From contig CM052817.1 of assembly GCA_028534125.1 (NCBI GenBank), positions 100,008,001 to 100,072,000 on the forward strand: a stretch of DNA of 64,000 bases, written 5' to 3'. Within the stretch, counting starts at the first letter, position 1. Every line of letters starts with the position of its first letter. Shown here one piece after another: positions 52,761-64,000 of this stretch. The stretch is from Lama glama (lineage: Eukaryota). The notes under the pieces are model-generated. The model did not search any database and was not told the origin of the DNA. It saw nothing but the letters and a program-made list of their open reading frames with translations. Made by a program: the position numbers and the translations under genes.

Positions 52761-54378
52761 AAGAATTTTCCATCATGGCCACTGTTTGCATGGTGAGATG
52801 TACAGCCGGTCTGCTCAGAGTCAGAGCTGCTCTCTTAGCAGTGGATCTAGAGAAATCCAGTGCCCGGGGCACTGAACCAGTAGCTTCTTAGGTTACATCT
52901 CCTTTCACCCATTCCTTCCTCTGAAGCAGCACCCTTTTCCTCTTTTCTCTCTCCCCAGATTGAGATCTCTCACCAAGTGGGCACTGTAATAAACAGTGCG
53001 TGCAATCGGTGTCAAAAGTCAGTGCCTCTGTGCAAAAGCATGTGGACGTACACCTATAAACATATCACATGTACATCCATTAATGGTATTCATTTTTTAA
53101 AAATATACACATACCTTCAAAATAATAGCACCTACATAAACTGGACTTGCAGCAATTACAGTAGGACAGAATTATGGTAGAACAGAGACTGGGAGGTGAA
53201 TATTCAACTGACATCAGAAACATGAGTTCTAATCTGTTTGGGACATTAAGTAACTGCATGATCATTGGGCAAGTCACAACAGCAGTTCTCTCATCTAAGC
53301 TAAAATTAAAAGGACTAAACTGAATGATTTCCAGGATTGCTTCCCACTCAGTTCTCACACTGTTGCTAACTTCAGGAAGCTGACTAGTTTCTTACCATTC
53401 ACGTACTTTATTTTGTAGGTCAGGTCACTGCTCAGAGCCTGTTCTTTCATTGAGAAAGATGGTAATCTGGCTTTCTGGGCTACAGCAGATCAGAAGTAGT
53501 AACTGAGCAGTGAAAAATGAGCAAGAAGGGGTTCCCAGGATCAAATCTACTGACAGTAGCTTAACAATGGAGGTGAGGGGAAGGTGACTGCAATAACAAG
53601 GGAAAAGACTGTAATATGAAACCTAAAAAGAATGCCTATCTTTAGCCATTTATTGTAGGATCAGATAATGTTACAAACCTCAACAGACCTTGGAGGCACC
53701 ATTATATTACAACAGCATGTTGCTGATAAGCTTGAGTAATCAAGAAAAGGTTAGTTCATGTTCAGTATACCCTATTTAAAAGCAGAAAAGTATAAAATCC
53801 TTTTTAGAAAGATTCCCATAAAGAAGTTTAAAAACATCAAAAAGATCCTAGATACCTGGAAAATTCTTTCATGTGGACTCACGTGTGTGCACATAAATGT
53901 ATGCAATTACATAGAGAAATACTTACTATGGGTGTTATATACATGTTCTGTGCAAGGCACTGCCAAGTGGCCCAAGAAAGAACCACAAACTGCTCTTTAG
54001 AACCTCATAATCCAACACAGAAAACCCTATAAACAACATATATAAAGGATGGTCAATCAACTGTATGAAATATACATTGATAAAACATAGAAGCACCGGT
54101 GTTCACAGTCAGAGTTCATCTGGGGATACTGCATGTGAGACTGGCAGAGGGGCGGGGGAAAGGAGAATGGTTGTGCAGGAGCCTTTCAACAACCCACTGG
54201 ATGCTGGAAAAAGATCCCTGGCTGGGAAGGAGTCAAATGCTTCCGTGAGGGGAGGTGAGGTCATACTGCTACTGGACGTGAAGGTCCATCACTGTCATGA
54301 GTCATCTGAGTCCATGGGAGACATCCAGTTAATGACGTCAGAGGGCAAGTCTGGACCATCAGAAGAGTTTAAGAGCTG

Positions 54379-54607
54379 CTTATTAGCTTTCGCACAGCAA
54401 AGGAAACCACAAAAAGAAAAGACAATCTATGGACTGGAAGAAAATTTTTGCAAACGACATGACTGACAAGGGCTTAACTTCAGAATATATAAACAGCTCA
54501 TATGACTCAAAAACAAAAGAACAAACAACTCAATCAAAAAAGTGGGCAGACTGTACACCAGAAACTAACACAACATTGTAAATCAACTATACTTCAAAAA
54601 AAAAAAA
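54379..54607 (+). mobile_element. Short LINE-1 insertion with an internal deletion
   Basis: ORF2 segment 54379-54550 joined to the terminal 3' UTR and poly(A); 18-bp TSD AGAAGAGT(T/C)TAAGAGCTG at 54361-54378 and 54608-54625. Confidence 0.9.
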
Positions 54608-55896
54608 AGAAGAGTCTAAGAGCTGAAAGGCAACCTCTCCACATCCGTGTGCATGAGCTCACAGCCACACCTCCTCTGTAGACGCAAGGGTCCCGGGGCA
54701 GAACACCGCAACCCGGAACACCTGGCTGCACTAAGGAATGAAGGAAAACTGTAAGAGTGGCTCAGAGAGAGGCAAGATCAGCGTCTGAGAACACAACGTA
54801 ATTATAAGTTGTACAGATTACACTAAAGCAAATCATTGAAATGGAAAAACATTTTAACAGAAAACCATCACACTTTGTCTTCTTAGTCAAATAACTCAAC
54901 ATCATCTAAGTGTGAATGGACAGAGAGGTAAATACAGATCTGATTATAAATGTATGCATTTAAACACTTTTCCCAAATGCTCTTTTCTTGAATTTTTATT
55001 TCGTTTAGAGGTTTTGAGTTAAAAACAACTTTCATAATTACACTTAGAATTAAGGGTCAGAAAAGCGCTTCGGCCCAATGCCCTCCAGAACTAGTTAAGT
55101 ATTTCTAAATCCATCAGGGCCTTCAAAACAAAAGTTATTACCCATATCTGCTATGTTCAGAGAGCTAGACGACTGCAGATTCACCCAACTTTAAGTAAAT
55201 CTGCCATAAGAAATTTTAAAAATAAATTAATCTCAAAGTATCTTATAAAAGCATCCATATTATCATTTCTCTAAAGGGCAGGGTCCCTCTCAGAGCGATG
55301 TGCATAGACGTTCACGAAGGAGCCTCCGGCATGAAACACAGTAACTGCATTGTCTGCCAGTCCCCAGGGGACAGGCATCCCATCAGATTTATTCACATCA
55401 GATCTGCCTCCCTCTTCACTCCCCTTCGGCTCTGCTAATAGTAGTAACACTGGTGAATAAAAGAAAGTTTTGTAAAATGGGGTGAACAACGTCCTAGCTC
55501 CAGTTTTCATGCCCCAGTGGCCAGGGCCCATCTCAGACACCTTTGATATGGAAAACCCCAAATGCTTTTCCAGACGGGCCGATCCTGAGAAAAGGGGAGA
55601 ATATTCTTGCATACGTGTGTGGAAAGGGCTCCAGCAGCCCTCGACCCAGCACTGGAAGCAAGAGACAGTCATAGTTACTAGGGGTTCCGTGTTCAAGAGC
55701 TTTCAAACAAGCAAAGCAGGAGCAGAGTTACCAGTTTCTAATCCATGGAACGGGGCTCAACCTGATCATCAGGAGCCCTTACCCCAGGGCCACAGCTGAG
55801 CCACCCACCAGCCGGCATCAGCAGAGCGACAAAGTCCTCTTCGCTTTCTCCTGCACAGGGACTGACAGCAGGAGTGGGCAAGCACTTCAAATAACA

Positions 55897-55978
55897 GAGT
55901 GAGTGAGTGAGTGAGTGAGTGAGCGAGTGAGTGTGTGTGTGTGTGTGTCTGTCTGTCTGTGTGTGTGTCTGTGTGTGA
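55897..55978. repeat. Compound microsatellite (GAGT)n(GT)n(CTGT)n(GT)n
   Basis: Read directly. Confidence 0.95.
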
Positions 55979-58849
55979 GCAAGTGGTTTGCACATGCATA
56001 AATTTGACATAAACTTGATGCCTTGCTGAAATCTCGCCCTTACTGGAAACATGAGCAAATTATGAAACAGAGTTGTAAATCTCACTACATTTTATAAAAC
56101 AAATCTATTTTCTTTTCCCTTTTCCCATCCATTTCACATCTCACATACACAAAATTAGGAGTAGAGAATTGGAATGGCATTGATAAATAGTAAATAACTG
56201 ACTCTAAGCAAATAACCTAAGATTCTGTCTATAATTCTGTAGACAAATATTTATTTAATAAATTTAGGATGACTCTGTACCAGAGTTAAGAGGCTTTATG
56301 AGGTCAAGGTAATGAGTGAGGCGGAATGCCTGCTAATAAAAACAAAGATGCTGTCCTTAGTTTAGCTGTAATCCTGCCTACAAGAAAGAAAATAGGCTGA
56401 ATGACCTTTTCAGTCTCAAGATTTATGATGAGATTCCACATAAGTCTAACATTAAAGGTAAAACAAGAAGATAAAATGCCTGTAGTCCTAAGAAACATTC
56501 AGAACAAGAGTCACTAATCAAAATGGGGAGGTGGGGGGAGGTTGCAACTACTGGCGAGGACAGTAGCCTAAGGGATACAGAGCTGAGGGCACAGACATGC
56601 TGAGATGGGGGTGGAGATGGGGGTGAGGGCTAGTATTATGTCTCTACACACAGACATTTACACACAAGTGAAATTTCTAACCACATGCAGCCAAGCTCGA
56701 AAGCAAGAAAGGAACTCTCCTGGGGCTCACGGCAGAAGTGGGAGTTTACATCCAGGGGTAACTGTGAGATGCAGGACAGCAAAGGGGTTAAGAGCATGAA
56801 CTTGGACTACAGGGTTTGAATCTGGCTTCTCCATTTGTTTTCTAACTGGGATAATGGCAGGAACTGCCTCCTAGAGTTTACCAGTTAAAGTAAGTTAACG
56901 CACATAAAGGCGGCACTCAGCAAATGTGAGCGGATTTTACTGTTACTGTCAACCAGGCTGAAGAGACACCAGACGCTGGCGATTCAGAGCACGCCAGGAG
57001 CTGAAGTCAAGGCTGGGAGTCCACTGGGGCAGGGAAGGCTGGGAGCCACAGAGTCCTGGTCCAGCCAGAAAATCTTCCGCCACCCACTGAGGAGTTGATA
57101 AGGAAGACACCACTCACCTCGGGGTGCAGGTAAAAAGGGAGTCCTGAGCAATCAGAGGCCCTGTTCCTGGCATGGATGTGGGGCTTGAAGGGTGGCCCCA
57201 TCCAGGCTGGGCTCTGCTGGGGGCTGTTAAATGAACGGAGGAACTGTTGAACTCATCCTGGAGATACCACCACTTCCAGGGGCAAGTCTGCGGGGTAGGG
57301 GAATCACACTGAAGGAATCAGTACAGAGCAGAATAAATAAAAACAAACCCACACCAGGACACAGGATTCTGGCTGAAGCTATCAGAGAGGAAAGACAGAT
57401 TTCCTACAAAGGATGCAGACTCCCGGTCGGCAGTAACAGATGCCTGAGGACAATGGAACCATGTCTTCGAAGGGTCGGGGTGGGGGTGGCGGGGAAAAAC
57501 AGTCAGCCTGGAATTCGAGACTATCACACAAGAGCCAGGGAGAAACAGGGACAACTGGAGGCACAGAAGAGCTGAGAGAGGGGATGGCTCAGAGACCCAG
57601 AACGCAAGAGACGTTGACAGAGGCGGGAAAGAGCACCAAACAGGAGAGCGAGATGCAAGAGACAGTGTTTGCTAGAGAAGGAAAAATCAGATGGGAGCTT
57701 CCTCAACCTTCCATGACCCTACCCAAAAGTACCTTCAGCCATGGGTGGAAGGGGCCACCTTCTCTGAGAGCCATCTTTCTCCCTGTGCTCCAAGGACGGC
57801 TCTTGTTTTCTTAGGAGCCTGATACTATCAAGAAGTTCCTCTCCGAGATATGTCACTCCTTTAAAACTAGACTTCAATTGTTTACGAAAATATTACTGGC
57901 ATATATTTTGAAGTAATTTATAATGAAAAACCGCAGTTCCCACCACCCTCCCCCGCCAGATCTGAACCACCTGCAGATCTTCTGAGATGTCATGTCTGGT
58001 ATTTATCTTCCTATTTTTAAATAAAATGCTGTGCGAGGGGACCTTCGGAAAATCCATCACTTTCTGGCCAAGGCTCCTGGCCCTTTGCCACATGACAATC
58101 TTTCCTGAATCTGGGGAAAAGACAGACTTGACAAACTGTCCCAATGACCCCATGTTCTTGTCCTTAGAACCTGGAGCCACAAGACTTGGCCCATTCCAGG
58201 CCCAAGAGATAATTTATGTAAGTTCCAAGGTGAGAAGTTTTTGATACTTTTATATCTTATTCTGTCCCATAGAATTTACCCATGCTTGCTGCTTTATCAC
58301 ATCACTCAAGAACAAAATAAGCCACTCTTAAGTACAACCCCATGATGACCTGGACAACACTGAAGTCACAAAGTCAGGCTGGTAGGGAGATAGGTCATCT
58401 CACCCATGGGGGAAGCAGAAAGTCCCACCACATGCTTGAACTTGGGTGTGAAAGATCTGGAACGTGAATAAGTCTATTTCCCGGAAGAGCAGGGAAAGGG
58501 TGGGAGTTACAGGTGGGCGGATGGGTGCAATTCTGTCACATTTGGATTCTAGGAACAAAAAAAGAGAAATTTCTCCAGCAGGAGGCTGAGAAACCAGCAG
58601 AGGTAATATATGATTATTACTTAATATTTTTATATAGAAATTTTTAAAACTTCTTCAAAAAATCTTTTGACTAATAATCTGTCTCTGGAAGGCTCTAAAT
58701 CTTTCACTTGTTCGTTGTCTTATTTAAAAATTTTTTTAAAAATGAAAGAAATAATAACAGCCAAAAAACAAAAACAAAAAGCAATCAATCAACTTAGGGC
58801 CTGAAATAGTGGCCTCCCATAATCTGTGGCCAAAAATGTTCCTAGAGTA

Positions 58850-60310
58850 TATTCTTACATTACTTTTTTCTCACTTTATCAACTTAGGACATGACTTCCA
58901 ATTATGGTAGATAGGAATTTAGTTCTTATACTTGCCAATATCCCAATTACACTTGTCAAATGAATGCTTGGTGTTTCTATTATTATTATGTAAATATGTT
59001 TCTCCACTGAGCTGTTAAGTATATACTCCATTACATTTCCCTTCCTGAACGTTTTGTTTTTTTCCTGGAGTTGATAAGTCTTTCATTTTATCATTTGCTT
59101 CCTTTTTTCTTTTTTCTTACTGCCTATTGCTTATTAGTCTCACAAACTCCAGTTTCTATGTAAAAATCTCATCTACACAAGCATTCGATATCTGCTGTTT
59201 CCACCCCACCTCCCTTTTTTTCTTGAAACCTCTCTGTTCCGGCACCACCTCCTCCTCTCCACCAAGTCCTCTGGGTCAGTTGCACAGCCCACAGTCCCAA
59301 ACCTCTCTGTGACTCCAGTAGGTTCCCATATAATGAAAGGACATTTTTTTTTTTCTGAGAAACTGCCTGTTTGAAAATATCATTATTCTACCGCCACATT
59401 TAATTTCTAGTGCTAGATACAGAAGTCTACGTTAGAATGATTTCCTCCCCTCTAAGATTTTTAAAGGCAGGTTCCATTGTCTCCCAGCTTTAAGTGCTGC
59501 TTTTAGACGTCCGCAGTGCCTTTCTGATTCCCCGTCCTCTGCATGTGACTTTTCTTTTCTTCTCTGTTACGTTCTGGTATCTTATCTTTATCCCTGGATG
59601 CGTTCCTGCACTTCAGGATGACGGGCCTGCATGGGAGGCTATTTTTATTCCTTGAACCAGGTCGCTGGCAGGCCCTTCTGATTTGGAGACTCATGTCCCC
59701 CAGTTCTGGGAAGTTAATCTGTGTTACTTGCTTGATAGTCTCCTCTTACCTATGTTCTCTCTTCTGGAACTCCTATTAATCAGATGTTGGACATACTGGA
59801 TTGATTCTCTAATTCTCTAATTTTTCCCCCAGTTGTTCAATTCACTGTATGTGTGTTATACTTTCTGGAAGATTTTCTTGATTTTTATCTTTTGACTCTT
59901 CTGGGGTTTTCTTTTCCCCACGCCATAGTTTTAATTTCTAAGAGCTTTTGTTCTGATTATTTGTTTTTAAAAAGTAGTATCGTGTTCTTGTTGCAAGGAT
60001 GCAGCTACTTTTTCTTATCTCTCTGAGGATATTTAAAAAAGCTTTTAATTTTTAAAGTATTCTTTTACCCTATGCATTATCTGCTGCCTGTTATTTCTTT
60101 CAATTTTCTTGTTATTTTGTGCTCTGTCCATCATGTAGGAAAATTTCTTCAAATGTCTGGTGACGTGGGCTATTGATTAATATTTTAAAGTTAGGTACTA
60201 AAATGCTGATTACAAGTTCTATTTAAATGTCCAGGGCTTACTGATTGGTGGCCTTCATTCTAGGACAATCAGGTGGCCAGGCAGTTTTTTTATTGAGATC
60301 TCCCCAAATG
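58850..60310 (-). mobile_element. Ancient L1M (ORF1 region and adjacent sequence), reverse orientation, degenerate
   Basis: T-rich block with ttccattgtctcccagc, ccttctgatttggagactcatgtcc and ctggaactcctattaatcagatgttggac, typical of reverse L1ME ORF1. Confidence 0.65.
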
Positions 60311-61099
60311 TCAATATCAGAAGTTCCTCCCTCTAGGAACGTATCATCTCCAAACAAGTGCCCATGGATTCCTGCTTAGGAGAGGCAAGGAAGAGTAGAG
60401 ATGGTACCAGGTCATGTGAGCACCTCAAACAGGGCAGGGAAAGGACTGGGCAGGCCCTGGGGTTCAGAGCACAGACAACGTCTGACACTAGTGCCTCTTG
60501 CTCTGCCTCGGGCCCCAGGGGGAGTGCGTCCCCAGCTGAATTTCTCCCCAAACTATAGATTCCTGTTGGGGTAGGGCAGGGGACCACCCCGGGTCTACCT
60601 GCTCTGTATTCAGTCTCTGAATTAATCCTCTTCTTGCCACCAGCCCCAGCCTCCCACAATACCCACCAATCTCACATTCAGACCCCTCCTGGGTTGCGTA
60701 GGGCACACCATCTCATTTCTCACTAGTGTCTCTTTCTGCAGGCTTTCAGTCCCTCTCTTGGGTTAACTGAACTCCATTCTTTTAAGTCAGGCCTTCCTCC
60801 ATCTACCATCTCTCATACACTCTGGTCTCCTATCTCACCCTCTTTTGGGTTTAGAACTTTTGAATCCTTTCATTATCATTTTAGTGGGGTTCTCTGGGGT
60901 GGGGAGAGACACAGACTAAAATGTATGTGTTCACTCTGCCATACTAATCAAAAGCTCCTTTAACTGCCCCTCCGTCAGTATCTCTTTCTCATCACCATTA
61001 AAAAAATTTTATTTTACTGCAGTAAAAACACTCAATCTAAGATCTACCCTCTTAACACACTTTTAAGTGGATGATGCATTATTGTTGGCTGTAACTCAC

Positions 61100-61890
61100 G
61101 AGCACTTAAACACTCTCAAGTTTCTCCAATATGAAGGAAAAGGGAACTAATAAAAAAGATTCCCCATCTCCTCACCTACTGCCTTCCCTTTTCCCTCCTA
61201 ATCAAACTTCTTGACATAGTTGCCTACACTCTTATCCCTTCTTCAACATCCCCAAGTCTCCATCTTCTGCCACCTCCCTTCTCCCCCCATCACTCACTGA
61301 AACCCATCTTGCAAAGAGACCCTACCACTGACAAATCCAGTGGCCACTTCCTGGTCCTCACCTCACTTGAATCTCAGTAAGGTCAACACCACTGTTCTCT
61401 CTTCTTCTCAGAACATGCTGTTTCTTAAGTTTTGGGCCCTGTACTCTCCTTACATCTTCCTATCTCTTTGCAAATGGGAAGCACACTCCTTAGCGGAGCT
61501 TATCTGGTACAGACTATGCTTTCCATGCCAGCCTCACCTCTTGCCACACCATGTTCAACTTCTACACTACCATGCATGGAACTTCTCCAGTTCCGAGAGC
61601 AAGCCATGTTCTGTTTTTCTTCTGGTCTTTGTACATCTCATTCACTTTTATTTGGCCAATTTTGCAAGTATGCTATATCTTTGAAGGCCACTCCTACAGG
61701 CTCCCAGAGCACCTTGTATTTCCACTCCCAACGTGTTCACTGAAACCCACTGCAGTTGCCTGCTGACCAGTCCAAGCTCCCTGAAGACAAGACCCACATC
61801 TTCTACTGTGTTCAAAGCTGTGTCACTAGAACCTGTATGATGGTTAGTGCATGGTATGCATCCAAAAAACGTCAGTTGCACAAATGAATA
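61100..61890 (+). mobile_element. LINE-2 fragment
   Basis: atcaaacttcttgacatagttgcctacactc...cactgaaacc...acaaatccagtggccact and 3' end gtgcatggtatgcatccaaaaaacgtcagttgcacaaatgaat. Confidence 0.7.
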
Positions 61891-62575
61891 AAGACACAGC
61901 TGAGAGGAGGGGAGAATCAAATGCCAACAGAAAGGCACATTTTATCACATTATCTCTTTAATGGGCCAGCAGAGGAAATGAATTTGGTCTATAAAAGAAG
62001 ACTTTACACTATAACTTAAACTCTTTTGATGGCTCTTTCCTAAATTCTTATCAGTGTATGTGACCAATGGTCATGATACTTCGTACAGAAATATCCAAAT
62101 GCGGAGTCAGAATAACAGAGTATCAATATACCATCTTCACAGGACAACTGTCTAAATGTTTCAGATTATTAAAAATCTGTATATAGGTAAATCATAGGCT
62201 TTTGAAGTGCTATGGGAATGACAATGTTTTATTCAGGTAGCTTTGGTATAATTTGGGTCACATACTCAAAGCTGGTATTTTAAAGACAGAAATATTTCTG
62301 AAAAGAATCAGATTAGCTCTGTTGAGAGAATAACCCATTAAGCTGCTCAAAGCATGAGTGTGGTGGGCTCTGAAGAGGAAAAACAAATCCCAGCTCAAGC
62401 AAAACGGGATTTCTAGCTTTTGACTGTATTTTAATTAATGAAAGCCAAGCTCTCAACGCTCCAGCATCCCAAGCGCCTTCCCTGTCACGCTGACATGCTT
62501 ATCACTGGGCAAGGACCTTCTTCCTTGGCGCATAGCAAGACGTCTTCCAAAGCATGCTGACATTCAGTTATTTTG

Positions 62576-62709
62576 TTTTGTTTTTTGTTTTTGGAGGGGA
62601 GGTGATTAGGTTTATTTATTTATTTATTTTTACTGGAGGTACTGGGGATTGAACCCAGGACCTTGCGCCTGCTAGGCATGCACTTTACCACTGAGCTATA
62701 CCCTCCCCC
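62576..62709 (-). mobile_element. Full-length tRNA-Ala-like SINE (camelid Vic-1 type)
   Basis: Minus strand GGGGGAGGGTATAGCTCAGTGGTAAAGTGCATGCCTAGCAGGCGCAAGGTCCTGGGTTCAATCCCCAGTACCTCC with A box, B box, (TAAA)n and A-rich tail; perfect 13-bp TSD TTCAGTTATTTTG at 62563-62575 and 62710-62722. Confidence 0.93.
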
Positions 62710-64000
62710 TTCAGTTATTTTGAACTGTCTCTAACATTTGACCCCATTTAGCCACAACTGAAGAGCCTATTTATAGAAAACACGTCTGTCCGCAAACAGA
62801 TGTTTTAAATGTGAACTATGACAAACACCTTGCTAGAGACTACATTCCCAGCTGGAGAAACCTAGAAACAACTCAGAAGTTATGTCTAGTCTCTTGATAA
62901 TGAAGCACCGTGTGGAAAAAAACGTTTCCAGCTCAGATGGAAGAAAGGAGAGGTGTTGTGATGAATTGCTTTCCATTCACTTGTCTGAAATAGAGGTTAC
63001 TTTACTTCTACTCTATCTGAGTCTCTGCCCACAGAAGAATTCATACATTTATAACTGAAAAATTGCCTCTTATCAAACATAAACAATCTTTCCATAAACA
63101 GATGCTCTAAGCCAGAGGGAGGAAGGGCGGGTCAGACACCTTTATACTTGTCTTCCCCCAGAAAGACCCAACAATAAATCAAAGGGGACCATATATATGA
63201 TCTGCAGGAACAGAAGTCCTCCATGACAAAAAGCACACATAAGGAAAAAGTTCCAAGACAGAGACACTGCCCCAGTACAACCAAAGCCTGTGCACAGCAG
63301 GCATGTTGAAGGCACTGCCTGTGATCTTGTACTCCGGGCAGTGACTCTGGAAAAAGTAAACCTCCGCCCCCGCCCCCCTGCCAGTGCTCCGTTCAACCAC
63401 TTTTCACCTGTATTAAATGTTAGAGAATGGAACTCACCCAGGACAATGTCACCCCCTGCCACCTCCAATCACTACATACACACATTCCCTGCAAGGACGG
63501 CAGGAAACCCCGCACCCAGTTGATACTATATGTCCTGGACAGACTATGGGCCAGTTATTAGCCCAGATATTCATCTTGCTCCTTGTACCCTTTTCTTCAA
63601 AATTCAGCCGTCTATTTGAAAATATATGCTACAAGTCTTGTTCATGAGTACACTGTAGTCATTCCTTGGGTTTCAGTGAAAATAAGTAGATAAATGGGTA
63701 GTTAACTCAAAGCATGATGCGACTGACTTTTTTCTCCATTATTGACTACTTCTTAATTTTTGGAAACCCCAGTCATTGCTGACCTTATACTGTAATATCA
63801 TGTGATTGATGCTGCTTCCTTTGACTAGACTTGTCCTCTGCCTCCATTTACCCACCTGGCTCCAACCTGACTTCTCAGATAGCTCAGATATCACCTCTTA
63901 CAACAATCCTTCCTCATCCAAATATTCCCCCTCCCCAGTTCCTCACAACAGTCCTTCTCTTACTGGATTAGGTGTCCCTTCTCAGGGTTCCAAAACCATA

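Noticed and set aside
52858..52960. Palindrome CAGTGCCC-G-GGGCACTG and a strong plus-strand acceptor (AG at 52957-52958)
   Set aside because: No convincing partner donor or other evidence of an antisense exon; both are plausible by chance.
57330..59560. Inverted pair of old L1 ORF1 remnants sharing GACAATGGAACC, as a possible dsRNA
   Set aside because: Identity outside the 12-mer looks too low for a stable duplex.
62635..62709. tRNA-Ala-like sequence as a tRNA gene
   Set aside because: Followed by a SINE tail, flanked by a TSD and repeated at 21115-21235; it is a SINE head.
32876..64000. Search for GATB exon 2 (VGLEIHAQ...PGTLP-type peptide) or a nested gene
   Set aside because: No such peptide seen by eye or in the ORF track; ORFs such as 55271..55696 and 34034..34507 resemble no protein I recognise.

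Overview
Mammalian genomic DNA, most likely camelid (camel/alpaca/llama), judged from two tRNA-Ala-like SINEs matching the Vic-1 type. The whole window lies inside one minus-strand gene, GATB (PET112; mitochondrial Glu-tRNA(Gln) amidotransferase subunit B). I located nine coding exons with GT/AG boundaries: 32762-32875, 30299-30497, 29762-29884, 22050-22163, 19547-19631, 18813-18857, 16635-16824, 6269-6402 and 214-292. They are 114, 199, 123, 114, 85, 45, 190, 134 and 79 nt and splice into one stop-free 1083-nt (361-codon) frame. From recall of the human 13-exon structure these are exons 3-11; I found neither exons 1-2 nor 12-13, so 32876-64000 is one long intron. The rest is intronic: a dead 4.9-kb 5'-truncated LINE-1, three short L1 insertions with target-site duplications (TSDs), ancient L1M/L2/MIR fragments, ERVL/MaLR solo LTRs, hAT MITEs and microsatellites. 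Repeat family names come from remembered consensus sequences and their edges are approximate. Most ORF-track entries are chance or antisense shadow ORFs. I found no evidence of a novel multi-gene system. The best second-look items are small: a SINE+L1 composite inside one TSD, an internally deleted L1, a G-quadruplex motif just behind the exon 10 donor, two candidate poison exons, an NF-E2/GATA motif cluster, a CTCF consensus match and strong exon-to-exon GC3 heterogeneity.
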